Shown here: positions 26,469 through 36,963 of the stretch, piece by piece
Numbering within the stretch: position 1 is the stretch's first letter
How the letters are laid out: each line of letters begins with the position of its first letter
From: Candidatus Latescibacterota bacterium
Lineage (GTDB): Bacteria; Latescibacterota; UBA2968; GCA-2709665
Assembly (NCBI GenBank): GCA_965208835.1
Contig: OZ242358.1
Span: forward strand, 640,001-704,000
Length of the DNA stretch: 64,000 nucleotides
Reading direction: 5' to 3'
Made by a program: the position numbers and the translations under genes
Notes under the pieces: generated by a model
Database searches by the model: none
What the model was told of the DNA's origin: nothing
The model's input: the letters and a program-made list of their open reading frames with translations, nothing else

Positions 26469-29400
26469 ATGATTGACGGTATCAAGCGAGCGCTTCTCGT
26501 TCTGTTGACGCTTGGCGTCCTCGCACTCGTGGTGGTATTTGACCCCGAGAATGTGTCCGACGTGATGAGGGATGCGCTTGATATCCGGCAGTCGCCGCCG
26601 CCTGAGCAGGTTCGGGGGGACCTTTCAGCAGCGGATCGGGCGGTACGGCGAATTGTGGATGAGATTGCGGAAGACGACGTTCGTTCTCACGTGTCTGCAT
26701 TGACCCGGATGCCGTCCCGCGTGGTGGGATACGACGGCGAACGGCATGCGCGGGACTACATCAGATCGCAATTCGAGGCGCTGGGTCTGGAGCGGGTAGG
26801 CACGGAGGCTTTCGACGTGACCGTGCCGGTGGACCGGGGCGGCGTTCTGAAGGTGACGGCCACCGGCGAGGAGATTCCCATTTACGGCCTCTGGCCGAAT
26901 GACGTCCGGACGCCGACGCTCCGGGCCGGAGGCGTCGAGGGGCCTCTGATCTACGGACGGCGCGGGGAATTTTCGGATTTCAACGGGTCGGTCGTGGACG
27001 GAAGCGTCGTTTTGATGGACTTCGGTTGCGGACAGAATTACCTGAATGCAATGACTCTCGGCGCGAAGGCGATTCTGTTCTTCGACGACGGGAACGTGAC
27101 CCGCGGGGAGGCAGAGGACAAGTTTCTGGAGGTGCCCGTAAATGTGCCCCGGTTCTGGGTGAGCCGGGACGATGCGCATCGCCTTCTGGAGGAAGTTGAG
27201 CGTGGAGACGTCATGGTCCGTCTCACGTCCAGGATGGACTGGAAGACGGTGAAGTCGGCCAATGTCTTGGGATATCTGCCTGGTTCGGAGGAGCGCATTC
27301 CGGGAGGCACGGGCGCCAGGTGGAAGGACAGGCTGATTGTGGTAGGCGCCTACTATGACGCCATGTCCGTGGTGCCCGCGCTGGCCCCGGGAGCCGAGAG
27401 CGCCTCGGGAGCAGCCGCTCTGCTCGAAGTTATCCGTTCGCTGAAGCGGCACGGTTCCAGGTACTCCTTCCTCTTTCTGGCGACGTCGGCGCACTTCGAG
27501 GGGCTGACGGGAATCAACGACTTCCTCTTCCGCCATTCCCGCCGAAGCGATTATTTCCGGGACCGGATTCCCGACGGCGACCGGATCGATTTCAGCCTGT
27601 TCGTCGGGCTGGATCTGTCCAGCCGCAGCAGGCAGGTGGGCGGATTTGCGATGGGGACCTTCTACAACGCCCGCAAGGGGACGGACGAATACCTGAAAAA
27701 CCTGCTGACGCCGTATTCGCACCGGTTCCGCGAGTACGCCAGAGCGCTTTTTCCCGATGAAGAGCGCTACGTGGACGTGATTGCCCCGGCCAAGCGGCCC
27801 TGGACGTCATATATGCCGGTCCCGCTGGCCCTGGAGAGCGAGGCCGCGGTATTCGTCGGTCAGGAGGCGATGACCCTGGTGACCCTGTACGACGGTCGCG
27901 TCCGTACCGACACGCCACTCGATCTTCCCGAGGCCATGGCCTTCGGCCGCCTGACCGACCAGGTGCGGTCGGTGGCCGCGATGATGATCAGGGCGGGTAA
28001 CGATCCGGGCTTCTTCCGCGAGACCCAGCTTCGGCTCATGGACCGCGGGCACCGCCTGTCCGGGCGGATTCTCTGGTTCGACCGGGACGTGGACTTCGCG
28101 ATTCCCAGGGTGCCGGTTCCGGGAGCGCTGGTGACTTACAAGCAGCCGGGCCCGGGTAGCCTGGCCGGCGTAAGGACGCTGATGGTCACACAGACAACCC
28201 AGGGCCCGATTTACGAAGGGCCGGCGTCAAGAGGTGCGTTGTACGGTTCCAGGGAAAGGGTCGCACAGACCGGCCGGTTTGAATTCGACATCGTCAGAAA
28301 CCGCTTTTCGAATCAGGTTCTGGCTTACGAGCTCGACGCCGAGGGACGGATTGTCTCGGCGCCGGACATGGGCATCGATGGCGCCGGTTCTGATGGAAAA
28401 AACGGGAAGTATCCCCTGGTTCAGGGATACGGGTGGTGGGACAACGAAATGATGGGCGTGCTGTTCAGGTGCCGGTCGCTGAGCCTTTTCGAGATCGTGG
28501 ATTCGAGCTATCTGTCCGTGCTGGACCATATGAAGGTACTCGGACGGGATAACAGCGAGCCGATAGAATACGGATTTCGGTACGTGGCCAACCAGGGCCG
28601 GAAGGAGGGAAAGGTCACCCAGGCGTCGGTCGCATTCGCGCCGCCCGGTGAACGGATCAAGATCCTGATGAGCAGCGGGCTCTTCGGAATCAAGTACCTG
28701 CTCATCAACGCGCCTGAAGACCTGTTGACCGATCCCGTTGCGCCGGAACAGGTGAACGCTCAGACGGTGAAACGGTCCATGGGAGCCGGGTACGTCCCTG
28801 ACGGGAATACGATTACCATGCCTTCATACCGCGCGGCACGGGATATGTGGATCGTGGATGACGTCCGGATGAAGCAACTGGCCCGGTACGGCGTGGAAAA
28901 CCAGAGGCTTTCCCGGCTTCACGACCGCGCGCGCGCGTCTTTGCTTGAGGCGAACAGCCACCTGGAAAACCGCCGGTACGACCGGTTCATTGCGTCGGCG
29001 AGGGAGGGCTGGGGGCTCGAGGCGCGCGGGTACCCCGAGGTGAAGGAGACGGCCAACGACACGGTCCGCGGGGTTATCTTCTATTTTGTCCTGCTGCTGC
29101 CGTTCTCGTTCTTCTGCGAGCGGCTGTTCTTCGGGTTTCCCGACGTCCACCGACGGATCATCGGATTCGCCGCGATTCTCATCGCCATGTTCCTGGCCCT
29201 GCGGTGGGTGCATCCAGCGTTTCAGCTGTCCAGTTCTCCGTACATCATCTTTCTCGCATTTGTAATCCTGTGTCTGGGCGGCGTGGCAATGGTGATCGTG
29301 GTGTCCAGGTTCGCCGACCAGGTCAGACGTCTGAAACAGTCCGCAACGGGTGTGTACGAAGAGGACGTGGGACGGATCTCGGCGATGGTCGTGGCGTTTA

Positions 29401-31181
29401 CGCTGGGGGTTTCGAATCTGCGAAAGCGACCGCTGCGGAGCGGGCTCACGGCGGTTACGCTGACCCTGCTGACCTTCACGGTGCTTTCGTTTACGTCGGT
29501 TCAGACGTACTTGCGTTTCTACAAGCTGCCGAGGGACAACCGGCCGCCCTACCAGGGAGCGCTGGTAAGAGACCGGAACTGGAGGGGAATGCAGCCCTCT
29601 GCGCTGACGTATATCCAGAGTCATTTCGGCGGTTTCGCCCGGGTAGCGCCCCGGGCGTTTTACATTTCCGAAAAGAGAGGCGAGCGGGCGTATATTGACT
29701 TTGAGGAACCCGAGAGCGGCCGGCGGAGCTTCGCGAACGGGTTGCTGGGCGTGACGGCGGTGGAACCCGAGGTGCTGGGTATGGACCGGCTGCTGACGGC
29801 AGGCCGCTGGTTCCGGGAGGGGGAACGGCACGCGGTCATCCTTCCGGGCGAATTGGCGGACCTCGTCGGGATCACCGGTGCGGACGTGGAAGCCGGCCGG
29901 GCGCGGGTGCGTATGTTGGGGGTGGAGCTGGCCGTCGTCGGCATTCTGGATTCCCGGGCCGTGGACAGGCTCGCGGATATGGATGACGAACGCCCGACGC
30001 CCATCGACACGACGATGGAGACCGCGGGAACGAGCGACTGGCGCAACCTGAGCCAGGACCCCAGGTTGATGGGAGCGGAGCCAATCGAGGCGTTCATTCA
30101 CCTGGACACCAGCAATACGGCGCTGCTGCCGTACGAATTCGTCATCGAAACTGGAGGCACCCTCAGGTCGATCGCGATCACCGGTTTCAAAGACGCTCAG
30201 GGTAACCCCAGCCAAAACGTCCGCGGGCAGATCGAAGACTTCATGTCGCGGGTTGCGCTGACGATGTTTGTCGGGATCGACGACGAAGTGACGGTATACA
30301 GCTCCATCGGCACCACTTCGCTTTCCGGCATCGCGAATCTCTTCATCCCGCTGGTGATCGCCTCGCTCATCGTCCTGAATACGATGATGGGCGCCGTGTA
30401 CGAAAGATACCGCGAAATCGGTGTTTACTCGGCGGTGGGGCTGGCGCCCAGCCACATTTCCGCGCTCTTTCTGGCCGAAGCGGCCGTGTTCGCCACGCTG
30501 GGAGCGGCGTTCGGCTACCTGATCGGCCAGGCGGTGGCGATGTTCCTGTACGAGCAGGGGGCGCTGGGCGGGCTGTCATTGAACTACTCGTCCCTTTCGG
30601 CGGTTTCTTCCACGCTGCTGGTAATGCTTGCCGTGTTCCTGTCCACCCTTTATCCGGCCAGGAAGGCCGAACAGATGTCGGTGCCGGACGTGACGCGGCG
30701 ATGGCAGTTTCCGAATCCGGAGGGGGACGACTGGACGTTCGACTTTCCGTTTACCCTGGCGGGATCGGAAGCCCTGGGGATGTACACCTATCTCTTTCGG
30801 TGTTTCGAGTCTTTCGGCGAGGGTTCCCTGGGACGGTTCGTTTCGCGAGACGTGCGTTTCGGGTCCGATCCACTGCCGGCCGGCACGGGGTACGGGATCG
30901 CGCTGCGGATGTGGCTGGCGCCATACGATCTGGGCATCAGCCAGGACGTCCTGATGAATGCGGTTCCCACTGGAGAACACGATATCTACCGCATTGAGGT
31001 CCGTATCCGTCGTCTGAGCGGAGACGTGAACTCGTGGCAACGGGTGAACAGGGGCTTTCTGAACGACCTTCGCAAGCTCTTCCTGGTTTGGAAGACAATG
31101 CCTCCGGAAACGAAGACGGACTATGCGCGGCAGGGCGAGGCGGAACTGAAGACGTCGCCTGTCCGGGAAGTCGCGTCCTGA
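26469..31181 (+). CDS. Membrane fusion protein: PA + degenerate M28 peptidase-like domain, TM bundle, MacB-type extracytoplasmic domain and FtsX-like permease
   Basis: SRVVGYDG, NVLGYLPG, VVGAYYDA, PGAESASG. TM bundle, then NLRKRPLRSGLT, AGRWF, LIVLNTMMGAVYERYREIGVYSAVGLAP...FLAEA and LYPARKA (FtsX signature). Confidence 0.8.
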   Translation: MIDGIKRALLVLLTLGVLALVVVFDPENVSDVMRDALDIRQSPPPEQVRGDLSAADRAVRRIVDEIAEDDVRSHVSALTRMPSRVVGYDGERHARDYIRSQFEALGLERVGTEAFDVTVPVDRGGVLKVTATGEEIPIYGLWPNDVRTPTLRAGGVEGPLIYGRRGEFSDFNGSVVDGSVVLMDFGCGQNYLNAMTLGAKAILFFDDGNVTRGEAEDKFLEVPVNVPRFWVSRDDAHRLLEEVERGDVMVRLTSRMDWKTVKSANVLGYLPGSEERIPGGTGARWKDRLIVVGAYYDAMSVVPALAPGAESASGAAALLEVIRSLKRHGSRYSFLFLATSAHFEGLTGINDFLFRHSRRSDYFRDRIPDGDRIDFSLFVGLDLSSRSRQVGGFAMGTFYNARKGTDEYLKNLLTPYSHRFREYARALFPDEERYVDVIAPAKRPWTSYMPVPLALESEAAVFVGQEAMTLVTLYDGRVRTDTPLDLPEAMAFGRLTDQVRSVAAMMIRAGNDPGFFRETQLRLMDRGHRLSGRILWFDRDVDFAIPRVPVPGALVTYKQPGPGSLAGVRTLMVTQTTQGPIYEGPASRGALYGSRERVAQTGRFEFDIVRNRFSNQVLAYELDAEGRIVSAPDMGIDGAGSDGKNGKYPLVQGYGWWDNEMMGVLFRCRSLSLFEIVDSSYLSVLDHMKVLGRDNSEPIEYGFRYVANQGRKEGKVTQASVAFAPPGERIKILMSSGLFGIKYLLINAPEDLLTDPVAPEQVNAQTVKRSMGAGYVPDGNTITMPSYRAARDMWIVDDVRMKQLARYGVENQRLSRLHDRARASLLEANSHLENRRYDRFIASAREGWGLEARGYPEVKETANDTVRGVIFYFVLLLPFSFFCERLFFGFPDVHRRIIGFAAILIAMFLALRWVHPAFQLSSSPYIIFLAFVILCLGGVAMVIVVSRFADQVRRLKQSATGVYEEDVGRISAMVVAFTLGVSNLRKRPLRSGLTAVTLTLLTFTVLSFTSVQTYLRFYKLPRDNRPPYQGALVRDRNWRGMQPSALTYIQSHFGGFARVAPRAFYISEKRGERAYIDFEEPESGRRSFANGLLGVTAVEPEVLGMDRLLTAGRWFREGERHAVILPGELADLVGITGADVEAGRARVRMLGVELAVVGILDSRAVDRLADMDDERPTPIDTTMETAGTSDWRNLSQDPRLMGAEPIEAFIHLDTSNTALLPYEFVIETGGTLRSIAITGFKDAQGNPSQNVRGQIEDFMSRVALTMFVGIDDEVTVYSSIGTTSLSGIANLFIPLVIASLIVLNTMMGAVYERYREIGVYSAVGLAPSHISALFLAEAAVFATLGAAFGYLIGQAVAMFLYEQGALGGLSLNYSSLSAVSSTLLVMLAVFLSTLYPARKAEQMSVPDVTRRWQFPNPEGDDWTFDFPFTLAGSEALGMYTYLFRCFESFGEGSLGRFVSRDVRFGSDPLPAGTGYGIALRMWLAPYDLGISQDVLMNAVPTGEHDIYRIEVRIRRLSGDVNSWQRVNRGFLNDLRKLFLVWKTMPPETKTDYARQGEAELKTSPVREVAS

Positions 31182-31212
31182 ACGGGCCAACTGAGAATGA
31201 GGAAGATGCGGT

Positions 31213-33180
31213 ATGGCGAGTCCTGCCGGGCAACGCGAAGCCAAGCTAGCCGGCGCGAAATTGGCGATACGCGGGGTTTCGGCGCGCGCCCTGAGCGCAG
31301 GCCTGGGAATTGCCGCACTGCACAATTTCTGGAGCCTGCACTCGCTCTATATCATCCGGGGATCATGGCTGAACCGGACCCATTTCCCCATGGGCGTGTT
31401 CGTCACATTCCTGATCCTCGTCCTGGCGACTCCGGTCCTTCGTCGCTTCGTTCCCAGATTGGCGCTGTCCGGCCCTGAACTCCTGGTGGCGCTGTGTGCG
31501 GGCCTGGCGGGGGGTATGGTGCCGACATTCGGTCTGTCCACGACCTGGATCGGCATGCTGGCCATCCCGCATTATCTCGCCACGCCGGAGAATCAGTGGG
31601 GAGAGTACCTCCTGCCCCACGTGCCCGGATGGATGGTGCCGTCCAACGCGCAGGGAGCCATGAGATGGCTCTTCGAGGGTCTTCCCCCCGGTGAAGGGAT
31701 TCCCTGGGGCGAATGGGCCGTTCCCCTCTTCTGGTGGACGGCGCTGTTGGGCGGGATGGCGCTGGTTTCGTTCTGTACGGTTGCGGTGCTACACCGGCAG
31801 TGGTCCGGGCACGAACGGCTGGCTTATCCCATTCCCTCGGTGGCCGCGGACATGGCGGAGGGCGCGGCAGGCAGAGGCGAATGGGCGGGGCTGTTGCGGA
31901 ACCGGATGTTCATCGCGGGATTGTCGGTCGCGCTGGCGATCAAGGTCTGGAACCTGGTGCCCGCGTTCGTACACGGATTCCCGATGATCCGTTTGTTTCA
32001 CCAGCAGTTGTGGGTGTACTTCACGCAGTACTCGATGGTCCACGTGAGCCTGAATTTCTATACCATCGGGTTCGCGTACATGACCGGCCTGGACCTGCTG
32101 CTGAGTATCTGGCTGTTTCATCTGTTCTACATTCTGGAGATCGCGGCGTTCGCCAGGATTGGACTGGGTGTTGCGGGATTCTCCGGGGGAGACGTGTCGT
32201 GGCAGGGCGGCGGCGCGATGATGTGTTACGTGGGCCTGGCGCTGTGGACGGCCCGGGGGCACCTCGGGCGGGTGGTTCGCCGCGCGCTGGGTCGAGCGGA
32301 CGGAGCAGAGGACGCCGGGGAGCTGATGAGGTACCGATGGGCGGTGTGGGGGCTGGTTCTGGGAATGGCTTTTGTCATCTGCTGGTTGCGGATGGCCGGT
32401 ATGGGACTGCTCCTGTCCGCGGCGTTGACCGTGCTGCTGTTCCTCAGTTACCTGGGTCTCACGCGGATCGTGGCGCAGACAGGTCTGCTCTACGTCAACT
32501 TGCCGCAGAGCGCCCAGGGGCTTATTCTGGGCACCGCGGGCGCGGCGTCCATTCCGGCGCCGGGGCTGACGGCCATGGCGTTTACCAATGTCTTCGCCAA
32601 TGATCACATGGGGTTGTTCATGCCAGCCTTTGCGCAGATTGCAAAGCTGGCCGAACGGGTGGAGCGCCACCGAAGGCGGCTGGGGTGGGTGGTGGGGCTG
32701 GGCCTGTTGACGAGCATCGCGACGTCCGTGGCTCTTACACTTTATTGGGGATATTCCGGCGGGGCGTACAATTTCGGCAGTATCGCGCTCTTCCGGAGAA
32801 CGGTCCCGAGCGTGAACGGATACGTGAGCCACATGCGCAGCCCGGACCCCGTTCACGCGGCGTCGTTCATCCTCTTCGCGGCCGGCGCCGCGGGAATGGC
32901 CCTGCTGGCGTTCCTGCGATACCGATTCAACTGGTGGCCGGTGCACCCGGCCGGGCTGGCGGTGGGCTACACCGGCATGACAAGGCACGCGGCCTTCAGC
33001 ATCTTCGCCGCATGGGTTTGCAAGTTTATCGTGATCAAGACGGGCGGCATGCTGCTTTACCGGAGGACCGTGCCGTTCTTTATCGGGACCATCGTCGGAT
33101 ACGCGTTGGCCGTTCCCCTGGGTTACGTGCTGGACGTGATCTTTTTCCCGGGTCAGGGGCACGGAGTTCACGCGTATTGA
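31213..33180 (+). CDS. DUF6785/DUF6784-like polytopic membrane protein, paralog 2
   Basis: Same motifs as 24483: GVSARAL, HYLATPENQW, QWSGHERLAYP, RIVAQTG, LRYRFNWWPVHPAG, PFFIG. Confidence 0.75.
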   Translation: MASPAGQREAKLAGAKLAIRGVSARALSAGLGIAALHNFWSLHSLYIIRGSWLNRTHFPMGVFVTFLILVLATPVLRRFVPRLALSGPELLVALCAGLAGGMVPTFGLSTTWIGMLAIPHYLATPENQWGEYLLPHVPGWMVPSNAQGAMRWLFEGLPPGEGIPWGEWAVPLFWWTALLGGMALVSFCTVAVLHRQWSGHERLAYPIPSVAADMAEGAAGRGEWAGLLRNRMFIAGLSVALAIKVWNLVPAFVHGFPMIRLFHQQLWVYFTQYSMVHVSLNFYTIGFAYMTGLDLLLSIWLFHLFYILEIAAFARIGLGVAGFSGGDVSWQGGGAMMCYVGLALWTARGHLGRVVRRALGRADGAEDAGELMRYRWAVWGLVLGMAFVICWLRMAGMGLLLSAALTVLLFLSYLGLTRIVAQTGLLYVNLPQSAQGLILGTAGAASIPAPGLTAMAFTNVFANDHMGLFMPAFAQIAKLAERVERHRRRLGWVVGLGLLTSIATSVALTLYWGYSGGAYNFGSIALFRRTVPSVNGYVSHMRSPDPVHAASFILFAAGAAGMALLAFLRYRFNWWPVHPAGLAVGYTGMTRHAAFSIFAAWVCKFIVIKTGGMLLYRRTVPFFIGTIVGYALAVPLGYVLDVIFFPGQGHGVHAY

Positions 33181-33216
33181 CTTAGAAGCTCCATATGTAA
33201 CGAAGGGAGTGATCCG

Positions 33217-36200
33217 ATGCGTATTCCACCGGTGTACACGGAACTGAAGGACCTGAATCTCGATACTGAACTGGTCCGGAACGGCCGGCCGAACGCAACG
33301 ATCGTGGTTCCGGAAGGCGGACGATATGCCGGGGCCGCGAATCGCGTTCAGGCAGCGATTCAGGCACGTACCGGGGTGCTTGTACCCGTTGACGATGACT
33401 TGTCCGCGGCCGGCGCCGTGCCCATCTCGCGGCATCTGATCGTGCTGGGCAACCGGTCCAGCAATCGAACGATAGAATCGCTATATAACCAATACTACAC
33501 GCTGCTGGACCTGCGCTATCCGGGCCCGGGCGGGTACGAGGTCCGGTCGCTCCACAATCCGTTCGGCAACGGGCACAATGTAATCTTCGTGGGCGCCAGC
33601 GACGCGGAGGGTGTGGAAGCGGCCGCCGACACGCTGGCGGGGAAGGTGTCGGAAGCGAAGGCCGGGGAAGACGGGTTTTCGCTGGGGCGCCTGATGGAGA
33701 TCGAGCTGGGGCGGGGGATCCGGGTCCCCGATGACATCCGGGAATTCGAGACATGGGAGGCGTCCGCCGGTTACGGTTCGGTGGGGTATTTCGGATGGAA
33801 CAGTATCAGCAAGCGAATGGCGATGTACTACATGACCGGAGACGCCTTCCACGCCCGGGAAGCCATCCGCCTGGCCTTCCCGGACGACCTGGCGATGGCG
33901 GAGATTACGGAAATCGACGGAGAGCGGATCGAGAACAAGGACGAGCCGCTGAGCGGACCCTACCACTATAACGCGCACATGATGATCCTGTACTGGGATC
34001 TGATAGAAGAAAGCCCGGTATTCACCGATGAAGAGCGATTGCGTGTGACGAACGCGTTCGCCGCACAGTTCGGCCACGCGCAGGACCAGGGCGCCAGGCG
34101 GCGCGTGGTGGAGAACGTGCGTAGCGGTACGAGTGGATTCGCAGATCCCCCGCACAGCGTGGGTTCGCGGCACGGGCAGTGGTCCGCGATTTCGTTATAC
34201 TGTCTGGGCCGTTACTTTAACAACCACTACCCGAGCGTGCTGTGGGAGCAATCCATGGAGGCGGCCAGGTGGCATTTCGCATCGCTGCATCACCACGCCC
34301 TGGTGGACGGGGAACACGACAATCTGTTCTGGTACAATACGGGAATGGCGCCTGTTCTGAGCTATATGCTGCTCACCGGCGACCGTAAACCCATTGAAAA
34401 CGGCGTAATGGCCAACCTGCTTCGCGGGCAGGAGATCCTCGCCTCGGGGCGCGAATCCGATTGGGCCCTGAATTCCGCGTCCATCGGATTTCTCAACAAG
34501 GCCGCCTATCTGACGGGTGACGGCCGCTACCGCGAGTACCTGCGCCGGACCGGGATGGACCTGAACATCTTCCGGCTGGGGCAGTCCTTCTGGCCGGAAG
34601 ACGATATCGAGCCCCGCCTGCCCACGGATCTTGTGAACCGGTGGTCCATCCATCCCATCCCCGAGCCGCTGTGGCAGGAGCGTCACAGCGGACTGCCGCT
34701 GGACGAGTCGTATCTGTTCGGCAGTTTTCGCAGCGAGGCGGATTCAACCGGCGATTTCATTCTGATGAAGGGGATGAACGGCGCGTCCCGAAACGCGTAT
34801 CACACCTTTGTCGTCCTGGAACTCCGGCTGGATGGAGAGACGTTGCTGGAAGGCTACCTGAACCAGGTGTTGACGCGTTCCGAAGGGATGGTGGAGCCGG
34901 TGGTGGCGATGGATTCCGCGCTGAAGTACCGGGACGTGGTCGGGGGAACCGCCGTGGTCGCGGCAGAGGTTCCGAGGGCGGCGTTCTGCAGCTGGCGCAG
35001 GACGCTTGCGCAGCGCGTCGGCCGGTACGCGCTGTTTGTCGACCGTCTGACGTTCCGGGCGGACAGCGAGGAACTGGAGGTGGAGTTCCTGTGGCAGGGG
35101 AAGGGCGCGTGGGAGGCACTGCCGGATGGCGGCGCCGCGCGTATCCGGGATAACGCCCGGATCTGCATGTCGGATCCGCTAGAGACGGACGTTGAGGACA
35201 GCCAGGCCAGCATGCTGTGGCGGGGGGCCGTGCAGAAGGGAAGTGGGGGATGCTGGTTTTCGCTGCTGGCGGGCGACGGGACGGTGTGCGCGCGGTTGGC
35301 TGAAAACGCGGCCGCATTGGCGCTCCCGGAGGCCGCCGTGGCCGCCGTGGGAGATTACGAGGGACTGAACGGCGATCTGGTGGTGCTGGCCGGAAGCCAT
35401 CTGCACGGCGTCAATCTGACAGGCGTGGCAATGGGCGCGTCGCTGTTCCGCGCGAGTGCGCCGGTTCAGGTCGACTGGGACTTTCACGTTGGCGCGCTGG
35501 AAGTGGTCGCGGCTGAAGAGACCGAGATTTGGCTGACCGTTTCCGATCCGGACGGGGTGCGCGTCGGCGGAAGCGTCCCGGAGTACGGGGGAGATGGAAC
35601 GGATCCGGGTTCGGCGACCATCCGAATCCCCGCGGGGAGGCATTCAATTACCGGCGCGGCGCCCGATGCGGCCGCGCTTGAAAGGGTGACGGCGCGGCTC
35701 TCGGGCCTTCTGGAGCAGGGCCGGGATGCCAGACGGCGATCCGCGGCCGCGTCATCGCCCGTCTTGCCGGAGGTGCCGTCTGCAACTTCGGTTTTCGCAT
35801 CGCGGGTGGGCGGCGCCATAGTAGACCTGGTCGCGGTCGACTCGGGCGGACAGACGCTGATCTGTGCGGCCGAAGACCGGAATATCCACGTGTTGTCGCA
35901 GGGGGGCGAGAAACTCCGGACCATGCCGACCGACGGTCCTATCCGTCTCCTCCACTGGTGGGAGGAGCACAACCTGCTTCTGGCGGGATGTGAGGACGAG
36001 AAGGTCATCGCGTTCGATCCGGATTCCGGCGACCGGAGATGGGTCTTCGTCTCGGAGGAAGACCCCGCCGTGTTCAGGGCCGCTAAACCCTACTGGTTCA
36101 AGACGGCGCCGGGACACGCGGGTGTTCATGGACTCCATTCGGGTGTTTTTCTGGATGGCAGAAGCCAGGCATTCGTGGGCAGCGCCTGCACGCTCGAGAT

Positions 36201-36939
36201 TCTGGATGAAAACGGGAACCTGGTGAAACGGCTTCCGGTATTCTGGGGGCCGGGTTCGCGGTTCGCCCTGATCGACGGACCCGAAGGCAGCATCGACCTG
36301 CTGATCGCGAGGCAGCCCACGGACTCCCACGCGATGGCCGTCGTGAACAACCGCGAACTGGATCCGAAGCAGCGCGCCTTCCACGACGTGCCGGACGGAC
36401 ATACGAGTATCGGCGGGTGGGCGTGCATGAGCCGGAAGCACATCTTTTACGGCGACCTGGACGGGGACGGCAGGAAAGAAGTCGTCAGCGAGATCAACGG
36501 GACGTGGAACCGGGTAACGGTCTGGTCTCGGGACGGGCGCGCCCTGCACAACGTTCACCTGGGGCCGGGGCAGCGCATTCCGGCGAACAACGTCCGGGAC
36601 TTCGACGTGATCGACCTGGATGGCGACGGAAGAAAGGAGCTTCTCGCGGCGCTTTCGGGCGGGCTGATCCTGGCCCTCGACCACCAATGCGAAAGGATCT
36701 GGTCGAAGCGATTGCCGTCCCCGCCGACGGTGATGGCGGCTCTGGGGGTGGAGGGCGGCGCCAGGGTGGCGGCCGGCTGCGAAGACGGGACACTGGTCGT
36801 CCTGGACGGCGACGGACGGGTTGTCCTTTCGGGGAGATTGACCGGGAGGCCGACCTGCATCGTGGCGGTGGACGGAACGGTTGTACTGGCGACGGACCGG
36901 GGGGAGATCAGCCGGTGGCGGGCGGATGACGGCCGATGA
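33217..36939 (+). CDS. Lyase-like (heparinase II/III-related) + FG-GAP/PQQ beta-propeller protein (paralog 2 of 4, divergent)
   Basis: Shares LKDLNLDT, YPGPGGYEVRSLHNPFGNGHNV and WDLIEESPVFTDEERL with the 8515 family. C-terminal DLDGDGRKE repeats. Confidence 0.7.
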   Translation: MRIPPVYTELKDLNLDTELVRNGRPNATIVVPEGGRYAGAANRVQAAIQARTGVLVPVDDDLSAAGAVPISRHLIVLGNRSSNRTIESLYNQYYTLLDLRYPGPGGYEVRSLHNPFGNGHNVIFVGASDAEGVEAAADTLAGKVSEAKAGEDGFSLGRLMEIELGRGIRVPDDIREFETWEASAGYGSVGYFGWNSISKRMAMYYMTGDAFHAREAIRLAFPDDLAMAEITEIDGERIENKDEPLSGPYHYNAHMMILYWDLIEESPVFTDEERLRVTNAFAAQFGHAQDQGARRRVVENVRSGTSGFADPPHSVGSRHGQWSAISLYCLGRYFNNHYPSVLWEQSMEAARWHFASLHHHALVDGEHDNLFWYNTGMAPVLSYMLLTGDRKPIENGVMANLLRGQEILASGRESDWALNSASIGFLNKAAYLTGDGRYREYLRRTGMDLNIFRLGQSFWPEDDIEPRLPTDLVNRWSIHPIPEPLWQERHSGLPLDESYLFGSFRSEADSTGDFILMKGMNGASRNAYHTFVVLELRLDGETLLEGYLNQVLTRSEGMVEPVVAMDSALKYRDVVGGTAVVAAEVPRAAFCSWRRTLAQRVGRYALFVDRLTFRADSEELEVEFLWQGKGAWEALPDGGAARIRDNARICMSDPLETDVEDSQASMLWRGAVQKGSGGCWFSLLAGDGTVCARLAENAAALALPEAAVAAVGDYEGLNGDLVVLAGSHLHGVNLTGVAMGASLFRASAPVQVDWDFHVGALEVVAAEETEIWLTVSDPDGVRVGGSVPEYGGDGTDPGSATIRIPAGRHSITGAAPDAAALERVTARLSGLLEQGRDARRRSAAASSPVLPEVPSATSVFASRVGGAIVDLVAVDSGGQTLICAAEDRNIHVLSQGGEKLRTMPTDGPIRLLHWWEEHNLLLAGCEDEKVIAFDPDSGDRRWVFVSEEDPAVFRAAKPYWFKTAPGHAGVHGLHSGVFLDGRSQAFVGSACTLEILDENGNLVKRLPVFWGPGSRFALIDGPEGSIDLLIARQPTDSHAMAVVNNRELDPKQRAFHDVPDGHTSIGGWACMSRKHIFYGDLDGDGRKEVVSEINGTWNRVTVWSRDGRALHNVHLGPGQRIPANNVRDFDVIDLDGDGRKELLAALSGGLILALDHQCERIWSKRLPSPPTVMAALGVEGGARVAAGCEDGTLVVLDGDGRVVLSGRLTGRPTCIVAVDGTVVLATDRGEISRWRADDGR

Positions 36940-36963
36940 GCCGGACCTTTGGCAGGAGGAACT

